The notes: a model not told the origin generated them from the sequence alone. A DNA stretch of 64,000 nucleotides from Eledone cirrhosa (GCA_964016885.1 OZ024742.1:228842001-228906000), one strand, 5' to 3'. Positions 13,862 to 29,464 are shown, numbered from the stretch's first letter. Made by a program: numbers and translations.

Positions 13862-16800
13862 GAGCTGGTGGTGGTGGTGGTAATGTTAGCAGTGGTGGGG
13901 TGGTGGTGGTGGTGGTGGTGGTAGTATTGGTGGTGGTGGTGTTAATGTTAGTAGTGGTGGTGGTGGTATTGGTGGTGGTGGTGTTAATGGTGGTATTGGT
14001 GGTGGTGGTGGTGTGGTGGTGGTGGTGGTGGTGGTATTGGTGGTGGTGGTGGTGTTGATGGTGGTATTGGTGGTGGTGGTGTTAATGTTAGTAGTGGTGG
14101 TGGTGGTATTGGTGGTGGTGGTGTTAATGGTGGTATTGGTGGTGGTGGTGGTGATGGTAGTGTTAGCAGTGGTGGTGGTGTGGTGGTGGTGGTGGTGGTG
14201 GTATTGGTGGTGGTGGTGGTGTTGATGGTGGTATTGGTGGTGGTGGTGTTAATGTTAGTAGTGGTGGTGGTGGTATTGGTGGTGGTGGTGTTAATGTTAG
14301 TAGTGGTGGTGGTGGTATTGGTGGTGGTGGTGTTGGTGGTGGTATTGGTGGTGGTGGTGATATTGGTGGTGGTGGTGTTGGTGGTGGTATTGGTGGTGGT
14401 GGTGATATTGGTGGTGGTGGTGTTGGTGGTGGTATTGGTGGTATTGGTGGTGGTGGTGGTGGTGGTGGTGGTGGTTGTGGTAATGTTAGTAGTAGTGGTG
14501 GTGGTATTAGTGATATTGGTGGCGATGGTGTTAATGTTAGTAGTAGTGGTGGTGGTATTGGTGGTATTGGCGGTATTGGTGGTGATGGTGTTAATGTTAG
14601 TAGTGGTGGTGTTATTGGTGGTGGTGGTAATGTTAGTAGTGGTGGTGGTGGTATTGATGGTGGTGGTGTTAATGTTAGTAGTGGTGGTGTTATTGGTGGT
14701 GGTGGTAATGTTAGTAGTGGTGGTGTTATTGGTGGTGGTGGTGTCGGTATTGGTGGTGGTGGTAATGTTAGTAGTGGTGGTGGTGGTATTGATGGTGGTG
14801 GTGGTAATGTTAGTAGTGGTGGTATTGGTGGTGGTGGTGGTAATGTTAGTAGTGGTGGTGGTGGTATTGGTGGTGGTAATGTTAGTAGTGGTGGTGTTAT
14901 TGGTGGTGGTGGTGGTATTGATGGTGGTGGTGGTAATGTTAGTAGTGGTGGTGTTATTGGTGGTGGTGGTGGTATTGATGGTGGTGGTGGTAATGTTAGT
15001 AGTGATGGTGTTATTGGTGGTGGTGGTGGTATTGGTGGTGGTGGTGTTATTGGTGGTGGTGGTGGTATTGGTGGTGGTGGTGGTATTGGTGGTGGTGGTG
15101 GTATTGGTGGTGGTGGTAATGTTAGTAGTGGTGGTGTTATTGGTGGTGGTGGTGGTATTGATGGTGGTGGTGTTATTGGTGGTGGTGGTGGTATTGGTGG
15201 TGGTGGTAATGTTAGTAGTGGTGGTGTTATTGGTGGTGGTGGTGGTATTGATGGTGGTGGTGTTATTGGTGGTGGTGGTGGTATTGATGGTGGTGGTGGT
15301 AATGTTAGTAGTGGTGGTGTTATTGGTGGTGGTGGTGGTATTGATGGTGGTGGTGTTATTGGTGGTGGTGGTGGTATTGGTGGTGGTGGTGGTAATGTTA
15401 GTAGTGGGGGTGGTATTGATGGTGGTGGTGGTATTGGTGGTGGTGGTAATGTTAGTAGTGGTGGTGTTATTGGTGGTGGTGGTGGTATTGGTGGTGGTGG
15501 TGGTAATGTTAGTAGTGGTGGTGTTATTGGTGGTGGTGGTGGTATTGATGGTGGTGGTGTTATTGGTGGTGGTGGTGGTATTGGTGGTGGTGGTAATGTT
15601 AGTAGTGGTGGTGGTATTGATGGTGGTGGTGTTATTGGTGGTGGTGGTGGTATTGGTGCTGGTGGTAATGTTAGTAGTGGTGGTGGTGGTATTGATGGTG
15701 GTTGTGGTAATGTTAGTAGTGGTGGTATTGGTGGTGGTGGTGGTAATGTTAGCAGTGTTGGTGGTGGTATTGGTGGTGGTGGTGGTAATGTTAGTAGTAG
15801 TGGTGGTGATGTTATTAATGTTAGTAGTGGTGGTGGTGGTATTGGTGGTGGTGCTGGTGGTGGTAATATTAGTAGTGGTGGTGGTGATGTTGGTGGTATT
15901 GTTAGTAGTGGTGTGGTGGTGGTGGTGTTGCTATTGGTGGTGGTGGTGGTATTGGTGGTGTTGGTGGTGTTGGTATTGGTGGTATTGGTGGTGATGTTGT
16001 TAATGTTAGTAGTGGTGGTGGTGGTATTGGTGGTGGCGGTGGTAATATTAGTAGTGGTGGTGGTGATGTTGGTGGTATTGTTAGTAGTGGTGGTGGTGAT
16101 GGTGGTGGTGTTGGTATTGGTGGTGGTGGTGTTATTGTTAGTAGTGGTGGTGGTGGTATTGATGGTGGTATTGTTAGTAGTGGTGGTTGTGGCGGTGGTG
16201 ATGGTGGTATTGGTGGTGGTGGTGGTGGTGGAGGTGGTGGCGTTAATAATGATGGTGATGTTGATGGTGGTGGTTGTGGTGGTGGTATTGGTGGCTTTAA
16301 TGGGGGTGCTGATGGTGGTGGTGGTGGTGGCATTGGTGGCAGTAATAGTGTTGGTGTTGGTGGGGGTGGGGGTGTTGGCGAGGGTGGAGGTGGTGGTGAT
16401 GGTTGTGGTGTTGATGGTGATGGAGTTAATGGTTAGTAGTGGTTGGTAGTGGTGGTGGTATTGCTGGTGGCGTTAATAATGGTGGTGATGTTGATGTTGA
16501 TGGCGGTGGTGGCGGTGGTTGTAATGTTGACAATAGAGGTGGTGTTAATAAAGGTAGGATTGGAGGCGGTGGTGATGGTGGCGGTGGTGTTGTTGGTGTT
16601 GGTGCTGATGGTGGAGGTGTTAGTGCTGAAGGTGTTAATGTTAATAGTAGTTATTGGTGGTGGTGTTGGTGGTGATGGTGCTGATAGAGAAGGTGTTAGT
16701 GCTGAAGGTGTCGATGTTAATAGTAGTGGTATTGGTGGTGGTTACGTTGGTTGTGGTGTTGGTGGTTATGCTGATGGTGGTGGTGTTGATAGTGGTGGTA

Positions 16801-17073
16801 ATGTTGGCAGTAGTTGTGGTGTTAATAATGGTGGTGGTGGTGGTGATAGTGGTGGTGCTGATTATGGTGATGGTGGTGGTATTCATGGGAGTGGTGTTTG
16901 TGGTGGAGCTGTTGTTGTTAATGGTGGTGTTGGTGGGGTAGTGTTGATGGTTGTAGTGTTGATAATGGTATTGATGTTGTTTTATGTTGGTGGTGATGAC
17001 GATGTTGATGGTGTTGACAATGTTGGTGGTGTTGATAGTATGGCATTGATGCTGAAGATGATACTGTTGATGT

Positions 17074-17110
<37 letters not shown>

Positions 17111-17345
17111 GAAGATTGACGGTGGTTGTGGTGGTGGTGGTGGTGGTAGGGACGACGATTTTTGATGTGGTTAAACAATGAATTTATTTAATTATTAGTG
17201 TAGTGTCGGTGTGGATGAGGGTAGTAATAATGGTAATGATGATGATGATGATGATAGAAGATTGTGATGGTGATGGTGTCTGATTTTGAGGCTAGTGTTG
17301 TTGCTAGTGATGATAGTAATGTGGAGAATGATGTGGGAAGGTCGT
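13862..17345. repeat. ~3.4-kb (GGT)n-based low-complexity satellite with recurrent GGTAATGTTAGTAGT / GGTATT(G/A)GT subunits, decaying rightwards
   Basis: Direct observation. The poly-V and poly-P/T ORFs here are by-products. Confidence 0.9.
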
Positions 17346-18039
17346 GGTGATGATGGTGTCAGTGACTGGATGTGAATGTTGAATTGGAGTCGAATATTCG
17401 AACAAATGAAGATAAAGCACTTTCGCTGAAGATTATTTAAAAAAAACAAAAAACAAACCAAAATCAAAAACAAAACCCAAAATAAAAGAATAACAAAAAA
17501 TATATACACAACAACTCTGTCAACAGGAACAACAAAAATAAGAACAAAAACAACTAAAACAACCCAAATACCCATAATACCACAACAAAAACAACCACAC
17601 AAACAACGTGTAAAAGAGAGTGCGATAGATATAAATTTTTCGCTGATGTTAAATGTCTGCTTAAAAACCAATGATTCAGCAGAAATTTATCGTTTCGTAA
17701 TGGAGCCATTAGCCGTCTGTATGGTTGTTGGTAGGCTTCGTCTACTTAAAGCTAGAAGAAACGGTTTCGATACTGTTGATGCTGCTGCTGTGTTTAATAT
17801 AAATAGTTATTGATACTACTACTACTACTGCTGTTTAATATAAATAGCTATTAGTGTCAGCTTGAAAACTATTTCATTTGCTAAAAGATTAATAATATAC
17901 AATCATCATCATGAGATAAATTCAACGTTTGTTAAATTTCCCCTCTTTTTCTCGTTTGTTTAGACGTGTAACCTTATCACATTATCATTATTGTTGTTGT
18001 TGTTAAATTTTGATGTTGTTCTTATTGTTGTCGTTGTCG

Positions 18040-18260
18040 TTCTTCTTCTTCTTCTTCTTCTTCTTCTTCTTCTTCTTCTTCTTCTTCTTCTTCTTCTTCC
18101 TACTCTCTCTCCTCTTCCTCCTTCTTCTCCTCCTCCTCCTCCTCCTCCCCCCCAGCCCTATTCCCCCCCTCCTCCCAGTCCTCCCCCTCCTCCCCCCCAG
18201 CCCTATTCCCCCCTCCTCCCAGTCCTCTTTCTCCTCCTCCTCTTCCTCCTCCTTCTTCTT
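18040..18260. repeat. (CTT)n/(CCT)n polypyrimidine tract
   Basis: Direct observation. Confidence 0.9.
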
Positions 18261-18329
18261 GTTACTCGTTTGTTGAGTTGAAAGATTATCACTATTATTA
18301 GTATCACTATTATTAGTATCACTATTATC

Positions 18330-18770
18330 AGTATTGGTAGAGGGTCGGACACCATGCTTTGACGCATAGAGTTACGGCCCTTGCCATTCTGAGTTCAAAT
18401 CCCGCCGAGGTTAACTTTGCCTTTCATCCTTACGGGGTCGATAAAATAAAGTACCAGTAATGTACTGAGTAATTGCTGGCCTTGTGCCAAAAGTAGAAAC
18501 AATTATTATCACTATCATCATCATCATCAACAACAACAACAACAACATAACCTTAACATATTATTATTATTACAATGTTGGTGGGCTGGCAGTATTGCTA
18601 GAGCGTCGGACAAGATACTTTGCGGCATAGAGTCACGGCCATTCTGGGTTCAAAACCCGCCGAGTTTACTAGTTAGATAAAATAAAGTACCAGTAACGCA
18701 CTGGGGTCGAACTAATCGATTTCCCTTCAGACCCACAATTGCTGGCCTTGTGCCAAAATCAGAAACAATA
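18330..18770 (+). mobile_element. Two tRNA-SINE copies (18330-18508; 18579-18770)
   Basis: B box and core as in the consensus. Confidence 0.8.
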
Positions 18771-19058
18771 ATTGTGCTGAGGTAAGTTTTTTTTCATCTT
18801 CCTTGTTGAGAAGGAGATACATATATAAAAGATGCACACACACACATTTTATATATATAACATTTTTCCTGAGTTCAGTTTTTTTCGTCGCTATGGTCTA
18901 AACGGCCAGCCTATCGGCCGCTCTATTTGATTTGCAAAGCTGTCTAAACATAATGTTATAACTATGGGGTAAAATTCTCCATTGAGTTCTTAGTTGCACA
19001 CCGAAACTCCATTTGTTAGCTTGGCTGCAACCTAAAGCTTCGTTGATGCTGTACTAAA

Positions 19059-19091
<33 letters not shown>

Positions 19092-19093
19092 CA

Positions 19094-19174
<81 letters not shown>

Positions 19175-19254
19175 TAATAGGTGTGTAAATAGATATACAA
19201 GTATGTGTGTATTATATTCCCAATTTCTACTGCATTCAATTTAGTTTCCCTCTT

Positions 19255-19297
<43 letters not shown>

Positions 19298-19699
19298 AGA
19301 GGTAAACTAAATGCAAATAAAGTAGATTACTATTCACTGTTTAATACTATTAAATAAGAAAGCATTAAATTGTAGCTAACAGAACCAACTGATATGTGTA
19401 AAAGACCTGAATTTTACATTATTATACAGTCTTATTAAATTTATTGAGCTATACTGGCCGGGAGGAAGTCGTCGTCGCCAATACGAATGATAAGTATGTA
19501 TGCATATATATGCAAACACACATATACACATGCATACATACACACATACATAAACAGAAACAAACACTCAAACACATATACTTACACACACACACATACA
19601 CACACACATATATATATAATTGTTGAGATGTGTACGTATGTATACATTCATTTATATAATCCTGTGCATATATATATACATACATATATATATACATAG

Positions 19700-20858
<1,159 letters not shown>

Positions 20859-20869
20859 GATATATATAT

Positions 20870-20932
<63 letters not shown>

Positions 20933-21433
20933 AGCGACTTGAAAACTCTGGTACAAACACTACACTTGTGACAATTATTGACACATAGTGCTGGGCCCAT
21001 GGTACCATGTGACGACAAGTGCAGAGTGATCTCCAGATATAAAGCAATGCCTGTGCCGTGAAGCTTTTATAGTGAGCAAAGGCACTGCACAAAGCCAGTC
21101 CCACTCTCTTAACCAAGATGGTATTTACCAAAAAGAAGAACAAGTCAACATCATTGGATACCATCAGAGTTGCAGGTGTTATATAAGAGTTTTCCTTCTA
21201 GAATTCTGCCTTGAGAAAGGCTAAGGGGTCATCTCTCCCGGTGATTTTGGATGGCGATTGACTCTTAAGAGCTCCTTTGCCCTTTGACAGGTTTTCTTTT
21301 TAGTCCTGCAGGATGTCCAAAGTCCCCTTCCTCACCAAGAAAACTTGGTGGGGTTGCCAGTTTAGTCGCCAACAAACCCGACCATGAGACAGGTTGTACT
21401 GGTATACTTGTTACCAGTAGCACCAACATATAC

Positions 21434-21466
<33 letters not shown>

Positions 21467-21471
21467 AATAT

Positions 21472-21666
21472 AAATTAGCGAGAATCGTTTTCAGCTCAGG
21501 AATTAACGAAAATCAACGTCCGATATGTGTGGCAAGCGCTCGATGAATCATATGAATCAGAGCTACAACATACGTTAAGGGCCAAACACACTGAGATGAT
21601 GGTTAAACATATCATCCGCACAGCCAAAATCAAAACGACCAAGTAATTCGGGTCAAACAATAAAAA
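21472..21666. mobile_element. ~200-bp (TA)n-inserted element, divergent relative of 54636-54867
   Basis: Collinear similarity (TAGCGAGAATCG...GGCAAGCGCTC...CAGAGCTA...GTTAAG...hairpin...GGTCAAA). Both copies lie between (TA)n tracts. Confidence 0.55.
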
Positions 21667-21675
21667 TATATGTGT

Positions 21676-21747
<72 letters not shown>

Positions 21748-21759
21748 ATATATATATCA

Positions 21760-22276
21760 GGTCGAGCTTGCTCGGCCTTCTACGACACGTTTCCTCCATC
21801 CATCTCTGTCTCTCATAGCGTTTGCCAGTTCTTCCGCAGTGCATCCAGTATCGTCCTCAAGTTGCTTGACGTATGTCTTCTTGGGACGACTAGCGTTTCT
21901 TACTCCATGAGATGGGCAAATCTGAGTCTCTGTTTACGTATTGACCTGCTGATAGGTGGTATATTGCCAAAGAGATCCTTATTTGTTGGGTGTTCCCTCT
22001 AAGATACGTTCAAAGCAGCACGGAGCATACGTGTGTATGCCCCGTCTAGCTTTTTCTCCAGTTTTGACGTTAGCGTTCAAGTGACAGAGCCATAAACAAG
22101 CACAGATTCCACAGCAGCTGTAAAGGAATTCCTTTTCAGTTTGGCCGGCAGGTTTGATTTCCATATTTTTTCCATTGCATTCAATGCTCCCCAGGCTTTT
22201 CCCAGTCTGATGTTAACATCATGTTCTGTAGAAGCGATATAGCTACCCAAGTATTTGAAGTCGTCAATTTGCTTGA
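21760..22276 (-). pseudogene. 3' fragment of an RTE-like LINE reverse transcriptase
   Basis: [41 protein letters not shown]...[10 protein letters not shown] is an RT thumb region (FKYLGS). Confidence 0.8.
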
Positions 22277-22335
22277 TTATATACATACATATATATACAT
22301 ATATATATTTATACATACATACATACATACATACA

Positions 22336-22371
<36 letters not shown>

Positions 22372-22391
22372 TACATATACATACACACACA

Positions 22392-22462
<71 letters not shown>

Positions 22463-22776
22463 ATATATATGTACATGTATATTATATACCAACTTATTGG
22501 CATAGCCATACTATAGTTAGGCAGAATTGAAAGACACTATAGAAATTTACTTTAAAATCATAAAGACTCTGAGTATTCACGACTTAATTTGAAGCGAACA
22601 CAAATATACAATGGCGTAAATACAATAAAAAATGAATGAAAGTAATAAACAGGTAAAAAAGCAAGAAACAGAGAAAAAGTAGTAGGGTGGGTGTAGGAAA
22701 GAGAAAAGTGGAAAGATATTGCAAAAAAACGTTTAGTCAATGGTGTGAAATGTTACACAGAACACGTATTAAATGA

Positions 22777-22807
<31 letters not shown>

Positions 22808-22950
22808 AGTGTGTGTGTGTGTGTGTGTGTGAGTGTGTGTGTATATATATATATATATATACACACACTCACACACACATATATATATATATATACATAT
22901 GTATATATATATACATATAAATATATATATACATACATATATATATATAT

Positions 22951-22995
<45 letters not shown>

Positions 22996-23121
22996 CATAC
23001 ATATTTATACGCACACATATATTTATATGTACATGAACAAAAGTAATAATTGGTTGCATATATATATATGAGTCAACCATTTTAACATGAATATTTTGAC
23101 TTATTCATTCTGATATAAATT

Positions 23122-23169
<48 letters not shown>

Positions 23170-23193
23170 TACATATATATAGATATGTGTAAG

Positions 23194-23228
<35 letters not shown>

Positions 23229-23277
23229 AAGTATATATATATCTATATATTATATATATATACATATATAAACATAC

Positions 23278-23347
<70 letters not shown>

Positions 23348-23988
23348 CCCCATTTATAACAGAATTAATAAGTCAATATACAAATTCATGTTAAAATAGA
23401 TGACTCTTTCTTAAGAAAAGAAAACCTTTTATAACTAATAAATAAAAACGAATCGATGTAACAATGTTTCATCAATAAAGATTATTTGATTTTTACTGAG
23501 AAATTTATTGTTATACTGACATCAAATGGATACTAAATAGGAAACAATGATCTGAAAATTTAGCTTAGATGTACACATTTCTGAAGGTTTCTATAGCATT
23601 CCGGTTTCGAATCTTGAAAATGTATGTGGAATTTTCACTTTAAATATTTTCAGGTTTCCTTAACCATATGGTTAAGGATTTCTTCTATCAACCGCGTGGT
23701 TTCTGGATCTAACAATCCTCCAATCCAGTGTCTGGAGATGTGTTTTTATCTTGTCTAGCCCTATCTACTTTTCTTTAAAAAAAAATTAAGTAAAAAAAAT
23801 GAAAGGTCAACTTGAGATTAAAAGATTTGAATTCAGAATACAAAGAGCCGGACCTAATGTCATACAAGATTTTGTCTACGCTGCCCATAACACACAGGAA
23901 AGATCTTTTTATTTGACTATTCAACTTGCTAGAAACAACAGTCAAATCTTCCTTAAATCCACACACCATATTTTAGTCTCTCTTAAAT

Positions 23989-24197
23989 AATGGTTTCTTA
24001 TATAGGCACAAGGCGAGCAATTTTTGGGGGAGGGGAAAGTCGATTAAATCGATTCCAGTGCGTGACTGGTACTTTATTTTATCGATCCCGAAAGGCAAAG
24101 CTAACCTTGGCGGGATTTGAACTCAGATCATAAAGGGCCGTAACTCGATGCTGCAAAGAATGGCGTCCGACATTCTACCTATACTGCCAATCTACCA
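23989..24197 (-). mobile_element. tRNA-SINE
   Basis: Reverse complement of the consensus. Confidence 0.8.
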
Positions 24198-24708
24198 ACG
24201 CGGAAATAAACAACAAAACCACCGCCCTATAGTCTCTCTTAAATAATGAACATTGTCACAAAGTATAACATTATCATAGTATAATAACATTATCATAGTA
24301 CAGTAACATTATCATAGTACAGCACGATTAATTCTTTTGCACATCTATTAACGCTGCCATGACAGAGTTTCTCTTCCAGCTCACCCCGTCCCGCATTGCC
24401 AACTGAAGTTCCCTTTTCTCCAGCCTGGTGTTATCTTTAAGGATATTCTTCAGTGTGATGGCAGCCACCCGTACAGGGTAACGCAAATATACATCAGGGA
24501 AACAAAATGGTGATTGTACTGAAAAGTGAACACTGATAAATATGTCTCAGTTTTTTCATTGGTTGTTCCAATCATGAAGTCAACGGTAGGGGATATCCAC
24601 TTCTATCAGTGGGGCACTGCGCCTTGAGAAACCTGTCAAATCATCCAAGAATTTTGCTTATGGAAAACATGACTGGTCAGATTAATTATATATATTTATA
24701 TATATGTA

Positions 24709-25330
24709 CTAGCAGAGGTACCCGGCGTTGCTCGGGTATTAAATAGCAGTTGTGTATACCATTTATGTCAATATTTCAGTGCTGCTTCGAAAACTATACT
24801 TTTACAAAATCATCAGCTTTTTCCAGAAGTGGGTTCCTGCCCCCAGGGGTCCCCTACTCAATATGTGCCAAATCTGTGAGTTCAAATTCATCTGTAGAAC
24901 AAACGTAGCCCATGTGTCAAGTTTTGTGAAAATCGGTTGCGAACTCCAGAAGTTATGACGTTTTGTTGCATTGCACTGCAGTGCTTCAGTCGACTCCAAG
25001 GAAGTGGTTAAAGGGGGTTTTCTGCCGGGAGGCCCTATAACCAATATCTGGAAAAATGAAAGTGCCCATGACCATCTGGAGTACATAAGTAACCTATGTC
25101 TTGTTTGGTGAAAATACTGTGCATAAGGTTTATACATACGCGCGCGCGCATGCGTAAGTGTGTGTTTGTGGGTGCGTATGTATGTGTATGTCCGTTGGGA
25201 CATACGTATGTACTGGCCTAAATCTTCACTATTTACTTTTACTATTTTAATAACCTCTGTCATTTTCGTTTTCAATTTTATTTACATCATTCTTAAACTC
25301 CGGGGAAATCATTGTGTTATTTTAAATAGA
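24709..25330 (-). mobile_element. Non-autonomous Helitron-like element
   Basis: The minus-strand 3' end has hairpin CCCGAGCAACGCCGGG followed by CTAG-T (24708-24736), with a candidate 5' TC at 25330. The same terminus occurs at 58217-58243. Confidence 0.55.
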
Positions 25331-25438
25331 ATATTAGTCTAACGACTCCATTTATACCGTAAACTTGGTCTCATCTTTGCATGAAATTGTTCTTCTCGGT
25401 CCACATAACGACGTATTAACCTCGCTTTTTTTCCGTTC

Positions 25439-25588
<150 letters not shown>

Positions 25589-25599
25589 TATATATATAT

Positions 25600-25642
<43 letters not shown>

Positions 25643-25985
25643 TGCTTTGTACGGCATTTGGGGGAAGGAGTGACCAGCAGTACGTTGTTCGGTATTATTA
25701 CGAAAAGGTGTAGCAGAGAATCCCGCGTGAACTAACAGCTCGGGAGGAAAATGCTTACCTCTAAGATTCATTCGCCATCGTTACTTGGTATTTGTTGGTC
25801 TACAGTTAGATGAATGGCGCACAAAGGGTTAATGTTTATTGGCAAGAAGTTTTTTGAATAATAAAAGACCGGTTAAAGCGACCTACAATGTATCTGTGTG
25901 TGCGTGTATATATATATATATATATATACACAGATATATATATACACAGATATATATATATATATATATATATATATCTGTGTGC

Positions 25986-26042
<57 letters not shown>

Positions 26043-26056
26043 TATATATATATATG

Positions 26057-26268
26057 ATGTGAGAAAAACCACAGACCCTCCATCTCAACTCACCTTTTGA
26101 AAAGCAGAAGAACTGCGAAACCGGTAAAGGAACCAAATAAATATATATATTTTAAAAAAAAATAAGACTCCAGTTGCATTTTCGATTTCATCTCTTTCTC
26201 TTTATACTTTCACTCGTGTATGACACCTCGGTTATTTTTCAATTTGTAAAAAAAACCTCACTTTCTAA
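26057..26268 (+). mobile_element. Family D element, single copy; variant HHR at 26093-26130
   Basis: ATGTGAGAAAAACCACAG...CTCACTTTCTAA(TA)n with intact TTGAAAA/GAAA-CCGG-TA. Confidence 0.85.
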
Positions 26269-26827
26269 TATATATATATATATATTATGTGTGTGAGTGT
26301 ATGTATGTGTGTGTGTATGTATGTATATATACAGTATATATATATATATATGTGTGAGTGTGTGTGTGTGTATGTATACATATATTGTTATATGTATATA
26401 TATATATGTGTATATCTATATATGTGTATATGAGTTTGTATATATATGTATATATATATGTATATGTGTATATGTGTGTGTGTATATGTATAGATGTGTA
26501 TATATATGTATATATAAGTATATATGTATATATATGTGCGTGTGCGTGTGTCTGTGTGTGAATGTAGCGAAGATAATACGTCAGAATGACGTTATGCAGA
26601 CAGGCAGGCATACAGACAGATATTATAAGAGCGCGACGGAGATGGATAACTGGCGCCGAAAACACCCTTTAACAACAGAAAATTGAAAAAAAGAAGCGGC
26701 AGTTAATATCTTTAGACCGCAAGGAATATATAAATACAAGTCTGAAGTTAACCGGAGTAGAAATGTGGATTTGTATAGACTTTGCAAAAATGAGGACACA
26801 CAGACAACATCAGTTTTATATATATAG

Positions 26828-27333
26828 ACTAGCAGAAAACCAACCGGTGGGCAGTTTTCTGCTAGCAAATCTAGTGTATATACTGATATTGTTGACATTT
26901 GGATGAGAAATGTTTTCGGCACCACATGTTCACCGTCTCTCGGTGTGTCTTTTATGCAAGTATAAATATATATGTTATCTATACGGTGAAATCTTTGAAA
27001 TAAATATATGTTAAAACGAAAAAGGAGAAAAAGAGATTAGTGACGGAAATATAAACGTTATGATACATAAACGTTATGATATAACGATGGAAATATATCT
27101 TCAAATGGTCCTTGGCATGGTGTCAAGTCAGAACCGCCTCGAACTGGTTACTTCTGGCTTGTGCAAGGTGTCTCTATAGCAACCAGCGATTCCCTCGGCC
27201 TCAGTGATCAAAGTCAGTGGAGAGGGGAAGGTAATGTTCCTATAGCGACAGTGTTTCTCTTGGTAGTACCAAAGTGGAGAAAGGAAGGGGAAGGTAATAT
27301 TTCTGTAGCACCTACATTTGAGTTTTAGGGAAG

Positions 27334-27383
<50 letters not shown>

Positions 27384-27397
27384 GAAATGCCCATATA
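26828..27397 (-). mobile_element. Possible non-autonomous Helitron/DINE-like element
   Basis: CTAG plus a hairpin at 26828-26875 and (GACA)n near the other end. A similar terminus lies at 29911-29950. Confidence 0.35.
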
Positions 27398-27403
27398 TTT
27401 CTG

Positions 27404-27434
<31 letters not shown>

Positions 27435-27461
27435 ACACACACAGAAATGTATATATATTTC

Positions 27462-27492
<31 letters not shown>

Positions 27493-27521
27493 TACACACA
27501 CAGAAATGTATATATATTTCA

Positions 27522-27561
<40 letters not shown>

Positions 27562-27634
27562 CACACACAGAAATGTATATATATTTCTGTGTGTATATAT
27601 ATATATTACACACACAGAAATGTATATATATTTC
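27392..27634. repeat. Minisatellite of self-palindromic units ACACACAGAAATGTATATATATTTCTGTGTGT separated by (TA)n
   Basis: About 4 units seen directly. Confidence 0.85.
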
Positions 27635-27753
27635 TTAGAACAAAATTATTATTAATGTTTTGCTGTTCATAACAATTGGAATTGAAAAATTACTTTTGAA
27701 ATTATTAGTTATTTTACTAATGCTTAGATATGTAAAAATGAAGCAATGTTTCT

Positions 27754-27945
27754 AATAATTGTTCTACTTTTGGCACAAGGCCAGCAATTACCCAGTACAT
27801 TACTGGTACTTTATTTTATCGACCCCGTGAGGATGAAAGGCAAAGTTAACCTTGGCGGTATTTGAACTCAGACCGTAAAGGGACGTAACTCCATGCTATG
27901 AAGCATGGTGTCCGACTCTCTACAGATTCTGCCAATCTACCGCCC
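27754..27945 (-). mobile_element. tRNA-SINE
   Basis: Reverse complement of the consensus. Confidence 0.85.
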
Positions 27946-28277
27946 TAATGTCTGTACGTAATGAGGGAGTGAGAGAGGAGAGAAAGAAAGGCGGAGGTGA
28001 AGTGACGAAGTGACTCTCTCCTCCTCCTCCTCCTCATCCTCCATCTCCCCATTCGTCACAGCGATAGAGGGGAGGAATGTTAGTGTGTTACAAAGAGAAA
28101 GAGTGAGAGTGAGAGAAACAGACAGACTAAAAGAGAGGGATAGCTGGAAAGAGAGATAGCAACCACGCGCGCACGTGTTTCCACTGTCGGACAGAGAAAT
28201 TGCTGGTTATATATTATAAGGAGATAGTGCAAATTTAGACGGGAACAAAACAGAGAGGCATATATATATATATATTA

Positions 28278-28690
28278 AATTAACAGATTAAAGTTTAAGT
28301 AAAGAATCGCTGCTTTCACCCTTAAGTGTGAAAGCAGCGATTCTTTGCTTAAACTTTAATCTGTTATTTTAATAAATATTTGCTCTACGGTTCTTATATA
28401 TTTGATATATATTTATCCTTATCGAGCCCTCTTTGGATTTTAGTCTTCAAATTTATTATTATTACTATATATATATATATATATATATTCATTAAAATAA
28501 CAGATTAAAGTTTAAGCAAAGAATCGCTGCTTTCACCCTTAACGGGATCTTCTGAAACTAAAAAAATCAATCTGTGAACGCAGAAGTAAATATTTCGAAA
28601 AACGTTGCAACCGAAGGAAAACAGCAAGACGGTACTTTGGTTCGTGGAAACGTTCCCTGGCAAAGAACGAAAAAAAAACGAAGATAATAC
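28278..28690. mobile_element. Family B copies: fold-back pair (28278-28467) plus a further copy (28491-28690)
   Basis: Matches 13-200, with an inversion near 28323. Confidence 0.75.
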
Positions 28691-28699
28691 GTCATTATT

Positions 28700-29464
28700 T
28701 GGATTGGCAGTATCGGTAGAGGGTCGGACGCCATGCTTTGACGCATAGAGTTACTGCCCTTGCCATTCTGAGTTCAAATCCCGCCGAGGTTAACTTTACC
28801 TTTCATCCTTACGGGGTCGATAAAATAAAGTACCAGTAATGTACTGGGTAATTACTGACCTTGTGCCAAAAGTAGAAACAGTTATTATTATAAGAAATCG
28901 TTATTATTATTATTATTATTACTTCATCAAATATGTAGGTACATTGGGTACTAGTACGCCTACCGTCGATCATGCCGGCAATAACGTTAAATCATAATAT
29001 AATAAAGGCAGGAGTCCGGGACTGCCTCCTGAATATATATTTTTATTCCGTTAGTAAAATATGTTAGATTACTTTGAATAAATAATTGTTTCTACTTTTG
29101 GCACAAGGCGAGCAGTAACCCAGTGCATTACTTGTACTTTATTTTATCGACCCCGTAAGGATGAAAGGCAAAGTCAACATCGGCGGGATTTGAACTCACT
29201 CCGTAAAGGGGCCTAACTATGCTGCAAAGCATGGCGTCCGACCCTCTACCGATACTGCCAATCCACCGCCCTTTGAATAAATAATTGTTTCTACTTTAGG
29301 CACAAGGCCAGCAATTACCGAGTGCATTACTGGTACTTTATTTTATCGACCCCGTAAGGATGAAAGGCAAAGTGTACCTCGGCGGGATTTGAACTCACTC
29401 CGTAAAGGGGCGTAACTATGCTGCAAAGCATAGCGTCCGACCCTCTACCGATACTGCCAATCCG
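28700..29464. mobile_element. Three tRNA-SINEs (28700-28888 +; 29081-29271 - and 29281-29464 - in tandem)
   Basis: Consensus match. Confidence 0.85.

Noticed and set aside
14180-15994. 604-aa poly-Val ORF
   Set aside because: A GGT-derived repeat lacks stops in this frame by composition; the product is implausible.
20930-21430. Possible LINE fragment with a C-terminal CxxC (CSVCTRVFKS)
   Set aside because: Too degenerate to assign without a database search.
28520-28556. Family B CAGAAGA-tccc(gttaa)gggt-GAAA as a functional HHR
   Set aside because: U4A substitution, with no credible stem I, stem III or NUH site. Kept only as a possible relic.
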